The notes under the pieces: generated by a model
Told to the model about the DNA's origin: nothing
Seen by the model: only the letters and a program-made list of their open reading frames with translations
The model's database searches: none
In this document: positions 8,181 through 16,453 of the stretch, in pieces
How the letters are laid out: each line of letters starts with the position of its first letter
How positions within the stretch are numbered: position 1 is the stretch's first letter
Made by a program: the position numbers and the translations under genes
Sequence record: KJ101592.1
Direction: 5' to 3' (one strand)
Length of the DNA: 24,000 nt
DNA from: Enterobacter phage PG7

Positions 8181-8461
8181 TAATACTTTTCTTCTGGCTG
8201 AAATACTGAACGGCATGCCCACATAGAAGCTTCTTTCAAACGATCAATTGCATTACGAATCTGAGTGATTCTAGAATGAGCTAGATCGAATTCTTCGTCG
8301 CTTATAGTGTCAACATCCAAGTCCATGTAAACTTTGACATGCTCTTCTTCTAAGGCTTTGAAAATCAAGCCAAGACGTAATTCAGCATCTTTGATAGCAT
8401 TCACTTTACCAATTTTGTCATCAGTGTGCGGCTTGTAACCTTTGATATCTTCAATTGACAT
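8180..8461 (-). CDS. acb2: Vs.4 / Acb2 anti-CBASS cyclic-nucleotide sponge
   Basis: MSIEDIKGYKPHTDDKIGKVNAIKDAELRLGLIFKAL...LKEASMWACRSVFQPEEKY is strongly similar to T4 Vs.4 (MIEDIKGYKPHTEEKIGKVNAIKDAEVRLG...WACRAVFQPEEKY). Confidence 0.95.
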   Translation of the reverse strand: MSIEDIKGYKPHTDDKIGKVNAIKDAELRLGLIFKALEEEHVKVYMDLDVDTISDEEFDLAHSRITQIRNAIDRLKEASMWACRSVFQPEEKY

Positions 8462-8470
8462 TACATTTCC

Positions 8471-8824
8471 TTAAGTGAAAGTGCGTGAAATAACGTCGCG
8501 CTGTTGCTCTGGAGTTAGAGCATTAAAACGAACGGCATAGCCAGAAACACGAATAGTCAGCTGAGGATATTTTTCTGGATGTTGAACTGCATCTTCTAAA
8601 GTTTCTTTAGACAGCACGTTCACGTTCAAATGCTGTCCACCTTCAACTTTAACTGTAGGCTTGGTTTCAATTCCAATTTCACGAGATTCAAAACCAAAGA
8701 AAGTTTCTACATCAACTATAGAATCTTCTGGCAAAGTTTTAGATACAATCACACGGGCTTTATCACCATCTTCAAGATAAATTGTGCCTTTATGAGTGCC
8801 GTTCAAAATTTGATACGCGTTCAT
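8471..8824 (-). CDS. Autonomous glycyl radical cofactor-like (YfiD/GrcA, T4 Y06I type)
   Basis: [56 protein letters not shown] = PFL C-terminal glycyl radical motif RVSGYAVRF. Confidence 0.93.
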   Translation of the reverse strand: MNAYQILNGTHKGTIYLEDGDKARVIVSKTLPEDSIVDVETFFGFESREIGIETKPTVKVEGGQHLNVNVLSKETLEDAVQHPEKYPQLTIRVSGYAVRFNALTPEQQRDVISRTFT

Positions 8825-8833
8825 AGTAGTTCC

Positions 8834-9337
8834 TTATGGGTATTGAATTTCTTCGTCAGTCTCTTTATCATACTCACGAATTTTGATTGGTTCATTAATT
8901 CCGTAGCCACTTACAGTAAGGACCAGTTTTAGCGTCTTCCCACTGCATTGTTTTTCGTTCCACACGCCATTGGCATGTGCTTCCATTAAATCTTGTTCGC
9001 CTTGGTTTGAAAACCAGCCGCAGAAAGATTCAACCAAGTGGTCGGGGATGTCGATAATAATTTGCGCCATGTTGGCTCCAAAGGAAATGACCTTGCGGTC
9101 GTAAGTAATTAAGCTTGAAGTTTTGATGCCTTTGCATGGGCCAGAGATAAACTCTACTTCAAACCACGGATGCTCATTCATCAGACCCACATCTGGCGAA
9201 GTGCAGAGGAACAATGAGCCTTTAAAAGGTCCATCTAAAAATCGATACAGCTTTGGCTCAAGAACTGCCCCATCTGAAAATTTGATATGCAGAATATTAA
9301 TCAAAGACTCTACATTGCATTTTCCAGTAGAACGCAA
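8834..9337 (-). CDS. Hypothetical protein
   Basis: ORF; RFLDGPFKGSLFL resembles the N-terminal [12 protein letters not shown] segment of the adjacent glycyl-radical protein. Confidence 0.65.
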   Translation of the reverse strand: MRSTGKCNVESLINILHIKFSDGAVLEPKLYRFLDGPFKGSLFLCTSPDVGLMNEHPWFEVEFISGPCKGIKTSSLITYDRKVISFGANMAQIIIDIPDHLVESFCGWFSNQGEQDLMEAHANGVWNEKQCSGKTLKLVLTVSGYGINEPIKIREYDKETDEEIQYP

Positions 9338-9368
9338 AAAGCGAATATATTCACCAATGGTTCATATC

Positions 9369-9386
9369 AAGGGCCAAAAGGCCCTT
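9369..9386 (-). terminator. Strong hairpin, possible terminator
   Basis: AAGGGCC-TTTT-GGCCCTT on the minus strand, between two CDSs; weak U-tract. Confidence 0.5.
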
Positions 9387-9403
9387 ATTAAAATTTTCTT
9401 TCA

Positions 9404-9958
9404 TCATTGCATTCCTATCACAAAGAATAATGGAATCATCTCTTCACCAGTAACGTGTGATTGATGAACACATGCATAAAATGGACCTTTGAAATGGGCT
9501 TCATAGAACTTTTCCATTTCAGGGAGTTTCATTGGTTCTTCTATAATATACAAGATTCTGTTAAGCTTTCGACCACGGGCCTTTGAACCACCATCGCTCA
9601 GAAAACTTCGCACAGTGTCCATGATAACCATGCGTTTGGCTTCATCTGGATTTGCTTGATGAATGAGTTCTTTCTCATAACAAGCTCTTATTCGTTTTGC
9701 GGTTTCTTCTGAATTTCGTTGATGAGTGCTAATAATCCATACAGTTCCGCCATCATGTAACCAATCTGCTGCAAATTCGGCAACAGCTTTAGTCTTGCCT
9801 GATTGACGTCCGCCATCGATTTTTAGCGTAGCATATTCGCGTAGAATATCTATAGGAGTGTAATGACTTTCTTTGAGGATTTCTATACAATCATCAGCAC
9901 GGATTTTGAATGCGTGCATCAGGGATAGATATGGGGCAAATAGAGATTTTATTTTCAT
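9404..9958 (-). CDS. P-loop ATPase-like protein
   Basis: Walker A GGRQSGKTKA, hydrophobic strand VWIISTHQR, RILYIIEEP candidate Walker B, QSH motif; reminiscent of phage helicase/terminase-type ATPase N-domains. Confidence 0.6.
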   Translation of the reverse strand: MKIKSLFAPYLSLMHAFKIRADDCIEILKESHYTPIDILREYATLKIDGGRQSGKTKAVAEFAADWLHDGGTVWIISTHQRNSEETAKRIRACYEKELIHQANPDEAKRMVIMDTVRSFLSDGGSKARGRKLNRILYIIEEPMKLPEMEKFYEAHFKGPFYACVHQSHVTGEEMIPLFFVIGMQ

Positions 9959-9999
9959 TTTGTTTACCGTTAGTGAGGGCCTTCCATGGCTCAAGAATT

Positions 10000-10130
10000 T
10001 CCATCAGCTAGCGGGATTGCTAGGACCCTGATTGTGACTGACTTTACCGCACTTGGGCTCGACCTTTTCACAGGTACCAGAAGCTACTTCACTCAGAGGA
10101 CACGACGTTCATGAGGAGAGGTCCAGGTTG
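10000..10130 (-). ncRNA. Candidate structured non-coding RNA between denV and the ATPase gene
   Basis: GC-rich ORF-free gap; minus-strand GGACC (10124-10120)/GGTCC (10027-10023) closing stem, inner hairpins CTAGC-AATCCC-GCTAG and GAAG-TAG-CTTC. Confidence 0.35.
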
Positions 10131-10135
10131 GCTTT

Positions 10136-10549
10136 TTAAGAGTAGATAGCTACTCCATAATGCTTGTACCACTCAGGGCGTTGAGCAATTTTCTCGTTTA
10201 AACGTTCTTGAGACAAACGAATAGCACGGTCAGTTGGAATATAGTCATTGCACCACTCGGGCGGAATGTCACTAATATCAACTGTTGTGTCTTTTATATT
10301 GAAACCTCGTTTCAAACATTCAGCAATGATAGCTTCTTGTCGCTTACGAAGAAATTCAAGTTTGTTATAAAAGAACGTTACATGGCCTGAACCAAGAATA
10401 AAGTGTTCAGAAATCTTAAACTGCCAGACCTTTTTACCATTAGCAACATGCTTACGAACAGCTCCAAAAACTCGTGGAAGCTCGCGGTATTCAGCAATGA
10501 GATGCTGGTCGGCTAGTTCAGAAACGAGTGTAAGATTAATGCGAGTCAT
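10136..10549 (-). CDS. denV: Endonuclease V, pyrimidine dimer DNA glycosylase
   Basis: [47 protein letters not shown]...[16 protein letters not shown]...; near identical to T4 DenV N-terminus. Confidence 0.98.
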   Translation of the reverse strand: MTRINLTLVSELADQHLIAEYRELPRVFGAVRKHVANGKKVWQFKISEHFILGSGHVTFFYNKLEFLRKRQEAIIAECLKRGFNIKDTTVDISDIPPEWCNDYIPTDRAIRLSQERLNEKIAQRPEWYKHYGVAIYS

Positions 10550-10575
10550 AGTGTCCTCCGTTGGTTTAGGAGGAC

Positions 10576-10605
10576 ATCATATCACAAAATCTTTAAGATG
10601 TAAAC
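10576..10605 (-). promoter_or_regulatory. T4-type early promoter upstream of denV
   Basis: Minus GTTTAC (10605-10600), 18 nt, TATGAT (10581-10576). Confidence 0.65.
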
Positions 10606-10607
10606 TG

Positions 10608-10904
10608 TTAACTAAACGGGTCGTGAAGCTTATTACCAATACGACGGAACACTTTAGCTGCAAATTTATTGGAAGGGTTATCAACCATAATTTTGCGCAT
10701 GTGACCGGTCGCGACTGTTCGAGCAGCCTTATAACCAGCAATGTTATCTTTCAAAGTAATTCGACCTTTTCCTTTAGGGTCGTCAATGGTCACTTTGTAA
10801 GTTCCCATATCTTCGCCAGGCTTAATTTCTTCAATCCAGATATAACCACCTGGAACTCGCTTTTGTTCAGCTGCTTCATTTAAAAATTCATTATAGGTTT
10901 TCAT
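10608..10904 (-). CDS. Putative internal (co-injected) capsid protein with capsid-targeting sequence
   Basis: Starts [10 protein letters not shown]|AA, matching the T4 IPI/IPII/IPIII leader MKTYQEFIAEA with an LxE gp21 protease site; basic body; located next to e as ip genes are in T4. Confidence 0.8.
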   Translation of the reverse strand: MKTYNEFLNEAAEQKRVPGGYIWIEEIKPGEDMGTYKVTIDDPKGKGRITLKDNIAGYKAARTVATGHMRKIMVDNPSNKFAAKVFRRIGNKLHDPFS

Positions 10905-11385
10905 ATGCTTTCCATGTTCCAACTCGGAATGTTTCAATTACTCGTTTAGCACGATTTGGTGTCTGACGATACCACTTGGAATTAGCAAGCTCTTTTGCAG
11001 CTGCTTCCCATTGTTTTGATTTAAGCAGACGCATTGATGCTGGGAAACCAGCTACACCTGTTACGCCCATCTGAAACACCATATTAATAAGTGCAGCGCG
11101 ACGAACTCCATCAAGTACATCATATACTGGTTTTAATACAGCATTTCCGAGAATCCCTCGAGTTGCTTTATCGACGTCTTTCGCAAAAATAGCTTCTGCT
11201 TCAGCTTTTGTGATTTGACCATTACATGGACGCCCCACAAGCTTATCAAGTTCTCGTTTAGCAACATCAAGAGAAGGGTCACGTGTCAAAAGGTGACCAA
11301 TACCGATTGTCCAAAAACCTTCGGTATCTTTATAGATTTTAGAATCGTATCCTTCATCGATACGAAGCATGCCAAAAATGTCCAT
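10891..11385 (-). CDS. e: T4-type endolysin (lysozyme e)
   Basis: [33 protein letters not shown]..., E11-D20-T26 triad retained, ...[21 protein letters not shown]. Confidence 0.99.
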   Translation of the reverse strand: MDIFGMLRIDEGYDSKIYKDTEGFWTIGIGHLLTRDPSLDVAKRELDKLVGRPCNGQITKAEAEAIFAKDVDKATRGILGNAVLKPVYDVLDGVRRAALINMVFQMGVTGVAGFPASMRLLKSKQWEAAAKELANSKWYRQTPNRAKRVIETFRVGTWKAYENL

Positions 11386-11390
11386 GAGGA

Positions 11391-11419
11391 CCTCCTATCA
11401 GTTGATAGGAGTATTTATT
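11391..11419 (-). promoter_or_regulatory. Late promoter-like -10 plus RBS-sequestering hairpin of e
   Basis: Minus strand AATAAATA (11419-11412), inverted repeat TCCTATCA-AC-TGATAGGA (11410-11393) whose 3' arm overlaps SD AGGAGG (11396-11391). Confidence 0.65.
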
Positions 11420-11898
11420 TAGCATTCCCAAAGAGCATCTTGAACGACCTTTGGATAAAGTTTCTGCATAACTGAGAAAAGACTTGGACCCATTACTACA
11501 TTCCACATGCGTGGATGAATCAAAGCAAAAGCATCAATCTCCGGGAATTCATTTCTGTCTTCATCTGTATGATATGCCGTGCAAATACAATCTCTGAATT
11601 GAGAGTGTTCCACTGGGAACGGATATTCAAAGATATGTATATCTTTATTGCTAGCATAATCATGGCGGCCTAGGTCCACTAGATGTCCTGGATTATAATC
11701 GACGAATCCACTTTCTTCTCGACACTCGCGAACAGCAGCTTCGAGGGGAGATTCACCAGGTTCAATATGACCCTTTGGAATATCCCAACGAGATGGTCCA
11801 CCGCCTAGTCCGGAATTAGTTACTCGACCCATGAACAGTTCTTTGTCTTTTGTAAAGAACAGAATGCCAGCAGAGACTTCTTTAATTTTCTTACTCAA
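11419..11898 (-). CDS. nudE: Nudix hydrolase (T4 e.1/NudE-like)
   Basis: Nudix box GHIEPGESPLEAAVRECREESGF; immediately upstream of e. Confidence 0.95.
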   Translation of the reverse strand: MSKKIKEVSAGILFFTKDKELFMGRVTNSGLGGGPSRWDIPKGHIEPGESPLEAAVRECREESGFVDYNPGHLVDLGRHDYASNKDIHIFEYPFPVEHSQFRDCICTAYHTDEDRNEFPEIDAFALIHPRMWNVVMGPSLFSVMQKLYPKVVQDALWEC

Positions 11899-12125
11899 AT
11901 TTCACCCCAACTAATTTCACGAAGTCTTTGCATGATTGACTCAGCTTCTTCAATCGTATCTTCATCGCAGTCAAATGAACCTTCTACCATCCAATCACTA
12001 ATTGGAGTGAACATTTCCAGGTCCGTTGACAGACGATTACGTATATCATCAACTGACTCTTTATCATTAAAAGAGTACAAGTAAGAATCAGCTGATTCAG
12101 ATTTTACAAATACTGCAATACTCAT
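11895..12125 (-). CDS. Hypothetical acidic small protein
   Basis: ORF with ATGA overlaps. Confidence 0.6.
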   Translation of the reverse strand: MSIAVFVKSESADSYLYSFNDKESVDDIRNRLSTDLEMFTPISDWMVEGSFDCDEDTIEEAESIMQRLREISWGEI

Positions 12126-12433
12126 ACCTTTTCCTCTAAGAAGTCAGACAGTTTAAAATCTTTACGGTCCATCAGACCATAGTGAATGTTCTTCAGTGTA
12201 TCGTACATATCCCAGTACTTTTCTTTAAGCATATTACCAAACGGTGGAATGTAAAGCTTATCCCATTTAGCAGCTAACTGGCCGTTGCGCATTTCTCCTG
12301 GAACATTTTCAACGATACGTAAAACTTTAACCGCAACTTCATAATCGGATGGAGGAATCCATCCCCAATTGTGATGGACTGAACCATTGATTTCGCCATT
12401 AAGCGAAGTAAAAATTGTAGCTGGACAACTCAT
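12122..12433 (-). CDS. Hypothetical protein
   Basis: ORF with ATGA overlaps. Confidence 0.65.
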   Translation of the reverse strand: MSCPATIFTSLNGEINGSVHHNWGWIPPSDYEVAVKVLRIVENVPGEMRNGQLAAKWDKLYIPPFGNMLKEKYWDMYDTLKNIHYGLMDRKDFKLSDFLEEKV

Positions 12434-12792
12434 CGTTCACCTCTAATACCTTGAATGAAATTTAAAGCATCTTCACCTGGTGGAATTTCTTTAGGCTTAG
12501 ATTTCCGTTTAAAAAGTTTCCATTCTCGTTTTTGGTCAAAAGTTCCACGTTGAACCTGCCCAAGATAAAATAACCACTTTCCAATCCAGTAGAATGGAGT
12601 TAAAATGCCAGACATCCAACCAACAAAAAGTAATTGTTCACCATACAAAGGACTAAAGAAGTACAATCCCCAATATGTTCCAAATCCATAAAGCATTGTG
12701 AACATAAAGCAAATAATTATTGTACAAGCGGCCCATCCGAAATTATCATATGAACCAGCGTCTTGGAATCCGCGAAATAATGTTTTAATCAT
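12430..12792 (-). CDS. Membrane protein 1 of tandem set
   Basis: Hydrophobic segments, C-terminus EDALNFIQGIRGER. Confidence 0.7.
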   Translation of the reverse strand: MIKTLFRGFQDAGSYDNFGWAACTIIICFMFTMLYGFGTYWGLYFFSPLYGEQLLFVGWMSGILTPFYWIGKWLFYLGQVQRGTFDQKREWKLFKRKSKPKEIPPGEDALNFIQGIRGER

Positions 12793-13127
12793 CGTTTAGT
12801 CCTACATTTTGAAATAAAATTCTCTAAATTTTGTTTGTTATCATAAGCAGCTTTGGCTTTAGTAAACAATTTAACATGAATTTTGCAATAACACCACTTA
12901 ATAAAAGAACCAACAACAATGACAACGAATAGTGAACATAATGCGCTTAGTGGTACAGAGATAATCATTTCAGCTACAAATCCATTGAACCACCAAACTA
13001 CGAAATTTGATATGAAAATAGTAAGTATAATAATTGCCCAACAAACGTCGTCTTCGTATTTCGACTTGAATCTATCTTCAATTTCTCGTTCAAAATGTCT
13101 GATATTCATTTTAGGATTGTATTTCAT
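12789..13127 (-). CDS. Membrane protein 2 of tandem set
   Basis: Two TM-like segments, C-terminus LENFISKCRTKR. Confidence 0.75.
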   Translation of the reverse strand: MKYNPKMNIRHFEREIEDRFKSKYEDDVCWAIIILTIFISNFVVWWFNGFVAEMIISVPLSALCSLFVVIVVGSFIKWCYCKIHVKLFTKAKAAYDNKQNLENFISKCRTKR

Positions 13128-13464
13128 TTTTACCTCGGCATTCCGTAATGAATTCTTCTGATTCTCGAATTATTCTATTACGAAGAACTTTAGCATTCTG
13201 TTCAGCTAAACGTTTATTTTCTGGTCGCATCACCCACCAAATTGCGATGTCGTTAGATTTTCCATGTGACCAAATTAAAACTGGAATAGAAATAAGCATT
13301 GATGTTACAACCCAAATTGGAGCATAAACTCCATCATTTAGTATCAAAGCTGGAATAAAAATTATAAGCACTATTACTGAACTAAAAGCTAAAATTACCA
13401 TCATGTGCCAAAAGTCTACTTTATATTCAAATTCTCTTAATTCACTTCTTGGTTGATATTCCAT
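13111..13464 (-). CDS. Membrane protein 3 of tandem set
   Basis: Two TM-like segments, C-terminus EEFITECRGKNEIQS. Confidence 0.75.
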   Translation of the reverse strand: MEYQPRSELREFEYKVDFWHMMVILAFSSVIVLIIFIPALILNDGVYAPIWVVTSMLISIPVLIWSHGKSNDIAIWWVMRPENKRLAEQNAKVLRNRIIRESEEFITECRGKNEIQS

Positions 13465-13466
13465 GA

Positions 13467-13841
13467 TTATTTCCTCGCTCTACGGCAATCGTCAATAAAG
13501 CTTTCAAACCGTTCAGCTTTACCAAGCTTTGACACTATTCTATTTCTTCGCATGCCAATTAAGGTTTGTGCAATAAAATTAACAAATTCGCCAATCAGCA
13601 TAACTATGATTGCAAACATTCCCCAACCAAAGCATGTGAACGCAGCCATTGCTCCAGCAGAGTCAGCTCTTTCTTCTTTTGGAAGATTTGTGATATCAGA
13701 CCAGCCCAAAAACAAAATAATTGCGTATATTGACAATCCTATGACCCAGCAGAGCTTTTCATTTCTAGTCAAAATATATCTGACTTTTGTTGAAAGAGAA
13801 TCTGTCTTAGCAATTTTAGCTTTAAGTTCATTTGAATTCAT
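13467..13841 (-). CDS. Membrane protein 4 of tandem set
   Basis: Two TM-like segments, C-terminus ESFIDDCRRARK. Confidence 0.75.
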   Translation of the reverse strand: MNSNELKAKIAKTDSLSTKVRYILTRNEKLCWVIGLSIYAIILFLGWSDITNLPKEERADSAGAMAAFTCFGWGMFAIIVMLIGEFVNFIAQTLIGMRRNRIVSKLGKAERFESFIDDCRRARK

Positions 13842-13855
13842 TTTATTTTCCTCAT

Positions 13856-13871
13856 AGGGCCCGAAGGCCCT
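13856..13871 (-). terminator. GC hairpin with UUCG loop, possible terminator
   Basis: AGGGCC-TTCG-GGCCCT on minus strand between CDS ending at 13875 and CDS starting at 13841; no U-tract. Confidence 0.45.
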
Positions 13872-13874
13872 TTA

Positions 13875-14792
13875 TCATTTGAACGGACGAATCATATCAA
13901 AGTTTTGTTTAAAGCGTTTGACATAATCTGTCTTTCCAAGTTTCTTATGCATTGCAACTATCTTATGGTAGTTTTCCCATGCATATTCACGGAACCATCC
14001 AGATGTAATGCTAGTACAAACTTTTTCCAAAGCGTACATAAATGAACCGGTAGGGTCCGGGTTGAAATTATTTGGAATTTGATGACGTTCTAAAGCAAGT
14101 ACACAAGTTTCTTCATATACACCTGCAAGCTTGAGTTCTTCAGGAAGAGAATCAAATTTCTCTTTTGAAGTCATTACTTCAGAGCCATCTTTCATGTAAA
14201 AAGTATAAGCAGGACGACCAGCTAAAGCCACTGCTTCATGAATTGAATCGTGGTCATAGATGTAAAAATCATCTTTAAAGAAAGAATCTTTATCTACATC
14301 CAGATTAGGATGAGAATATGCTAATGTTTCTTTCTGACGCAGTTCAGAAATCTTTTTCAGTTTACTGTCTAAAACAATTCCTTTATTACGCAAGAAACGA
14401 ATATGATGCATAGTCTTTTGGAAGAAACGAGTGTTCTTCTTGAATCGGTGAGACATTTTAATTGCTAAGCACATCTCAGGAGTTGCCCAGTACATCTGGG
14501 AAAGCGCATCATAGCATCCATTAAATACTGCGTAATGAGCAAGCAGTTCAGATGAACTCTCGTCGTTATATTCAAAAATGTATGCTTCAAAATAAGTCTC
14601 ACGACCGTTGTGCATGCATTTGAAAGCTTGTACATTAGGAGATTGAACTTCAACCTCTGTGCCGTTCATACGGTTTTTGAAATGAAGCCATTCGCCTGGG
14701 GACGCAATGAAGTCCCAATCAGAGTTCTTAACATCACTATACTCAATTAGACCATGGTGATGTAGTGCTCGAGAACCAATAACCAGCAACAT
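13875..14792 (-). CDS. Putative nucleotidyltransferase-like protein
   Basis: GSRALHHHG...KNSDWDFIASP N-terminal GS...D-W-D pattern. Confidence 0.6.
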   Translation of the reverse strand: MLLVIGSRALHHHGLIEYSDVKNSDWDFIASPGEWLHFKNRMNGTEVEVQSPNVQAFKCMHNGRETYFEAYIFEYNDESSSELLAHYAVFNGCYDALSQMYWATPEMCLAIKMSHRFKKNTRFFQKTMHHIRFLRNKGIVLDSKLKKISELRQKETLAYSHPNLDVDKDSFFKDDFYIYDHDSIHEAVALAGRPAYTFYMKDGSEVMTSKEKFDSLPEELKLAGVYEETCVLALERHQIPNNFNPDPTGSFMYALEKVCTSITSGWFREYAWENYHKIVAMHKKLGKTDYVKRFKQNFDMIRPFK

Positions 14793-14820
14793 AATATTTT
14801 CCTCTTTAGACTGTAGAACT

Positions 14821-14850
14821 ACTATAACACACTTGACTTCTGTTGTAAAC
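14821..14850 (-). promoter_or_regulatory. T4-type early promoter
   Basis: Minus GTTTAC (14850-14845), 18 nt, TATAGT (14826-14821). Confidence 0.65.
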
Positions 14851-15175
14851 GGTTCTTTCTCTGGTTCTTTCTACAAATTCTTATGAAATTTTCAATAGGT
14901 TCTTCTGGGGTCTTAATTGGATAACATTCTTTCCAATTCCAACCACCTAGCAAGTCAAAGATTTGGTCAGGAAGAGAATCCCATGGATGTTCTCTTTCAC
15001 TGAGTTGAATTATGATGTCGCCAGCAGCTTCTCTGATTCCGGTATTAAGTTTTCCATTGCAAATTACAACATTCATGAGTGCAGAAAGACAACAACTATC
15101 ATGGCTTCCATATTTGTTCGGATAGTAAAAATAATGGTCAATAATATAGCAGTAATTAGGATTTAAGCCTTTCAT
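14822..15175 (-). CDS. Hypothetical protein
   Basis: ORF; start MKGLNPNYC after SD GGAG; ends inside the early promoter. Confidence 0.6.
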   Translation of the reverse strand: MKGLNPNYCYIIDHYFYYPNKYGSHDSCCLSALMNVVICNGKLNTGIREAAGDIIIQLSEREHPWDSLPDQIFDLLGGWNWKECYPIKTPEEPIENFIRICRKNQRKNRLQQKSSVL

Positions 15176-15228
15176 AGTGTTCCTCCAGTGATTCTGGGGA
15201 AACTTTTCAGTCTCCCCATATATTACCA

Positions 15229-15462
15229 TTAACAGCTGCTAGTATACCACACAGAGCCGTCCTCGTTAACCCCAAAGGTCTCAGAGTTACCTTCGCCATA
15301 GCAATCAGAAGACTGCCAATCGTTAAAGGTCAGATATCCGCCAGAAACTTCCATGCCGAAAGAAGCTTCATTCGCCATAGTTTCAAGTTTACCAAGAAGT
15401 TTAGCTACTTCAACTGCAACTTCTTCGATTTCTTTACGTTTTTCTTCACGAGTTTTAGACAT
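15229..15462 (-). CDS. Hypothetical protein
   Basis: ORF; distant similarity to the next ORF. Confidence 0.65.
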   Translation of the reverse strand: MSKTREEKRKEIEEVAVEVAKLLGKLETMANEASFGMEVSGGYLTFNDWQSSDCYGEGNSETFGVNEDGSVWYTSSC

Positions 15463-15470
15463 AATTTACC

Positions 15471-15755
15471 TTAGCACATATCAGAGGAAGAAAGCCAAAC
15501 GCCTTCTACAAGTTTTTCATTTTCATCAACTTCTACACCATGATGACCTACAAGCCAATGAGCGTCATAGCCTACTGGATAATAAGTACGGCCGTTTCCA
15601 TAATCACCTACATCAAAAGTCAAACAATGCTCATCAGCGATAACTTCAGCAGCTTGTTCAATTTCTTCTGACTGCTCCAGAAGTTTTGCAATAGCTGCTG
15701 CAGCAGATTTACGGTCGTTATATTCAGGAATTTCAATCTGAATTACTTTGTTCAT
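15471..15755 (-). CDS. Hypothetical protein
   Basis: ORF starting MNKVIQIEIPEYN. Confidence 0.65.
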   Translation of the reverse strand: MNKVIQIEIPEYNDRKSAAAAIAKLLEQSEEIEQAAEVIADEHCLTFDVGDYGNGRTYYPVGYDAHWLVGHHGVEVDENEKLVEGVWLSSSDMC

Positions 15756-15877
15756 TTCTTGTTCTCTTTGCAATCTGCCCACGGCAGTAGTTAATGAAAT
15801 CGGAAACGTCCGCTCCGATATGGCTTCCAGGAACCTGTAGTTTTTCTACAAGATTATTCATTTCAGCTGAAAAATGC

Positions 15878-16237
15878 TTAACAAGATATTCTCGTGATGG
15901 GCCAACGGAATGATTGAGCTTCTTCAAGATTATTATCAGCAATAAATGAGAAAATAAACTTTCCACCACGAGTATTGTAGTGAACTTCAATAGCTCCACA
16001 GAACCAATGACCCATTGAATAACGGTGTCCTTCGCCTTCTTTTCTAACTTCAGAAGTCAAATTATTCAATGAAATTGATGAATAATGATATGAATGCGCA
16101 CCCTTATAAGCAATACTGCATCCGTCAGCAATTAAAGCAGAAAGCATACGACGAGCATCTTTCAAGCTGTTGATGTAAACGTGGCCTGGAACTTTTCGTT
16201 CTTTAAGGCTGATGATCGTCCAATACGCAAAGAACAA
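15878..16237 (-). CDS. Hypothetical protein (start uncertain)
   Basis: ORF; overlaps the upstream ORF by about 75 nt. Confidence 0.5.
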   Translation of the reverse strand: MFFAYWTIISLKERKVPGHVYINSLKDARRMLSALIADGCSIAYKGAHSYHYSSISLNNLTSEVRKEGEGHRYSMGHWFCGAIEVHYNTRGGKFIFSFIADNNLEEAQSFRWPITRISC

Positions 16238-16401
16238 TCATCGTATGCCGGAGCCAAAGGTTCAATGATATTGATTAAACGTTTTGGCATACCAGAATAT
16301 TCTAATTGGCTACGAACATATTTCCCAAACTTATTTCCAGTACCCTTTGTGATAACTTTAGACTCTTTCTTAGGTTCATTAAAATCATCATAAAAAGCCA
16401 T
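16162..16401 (-). CDS. Hypothetical protein
   Basis: ORF MAFYDDFNEPKKESKV... with GGAG SD. Confidence 0.55.
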   Translation of the reverse strand: MAFYDDFNEPKKESKVITKGTGNKFGKYVRSQLEYSGMPKRLINIIEPLAPAYDDCSLRIGRSSALKNEKFQATFTSTA

Positions 16402-16453
16402 AATCTTCTCCTCTATTATCCCGGAAACCGGGGATTTCTCCCCGGTGTATTTC

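Noticed and set aside
10000-10130. Cloning-vector polylinker or contaminant because of dense 6-bp palindromes
   Set aside because: Site order does not match any polylinker I know and the flanks are continuous phage sequence; kept only as an unexplained structured gap.
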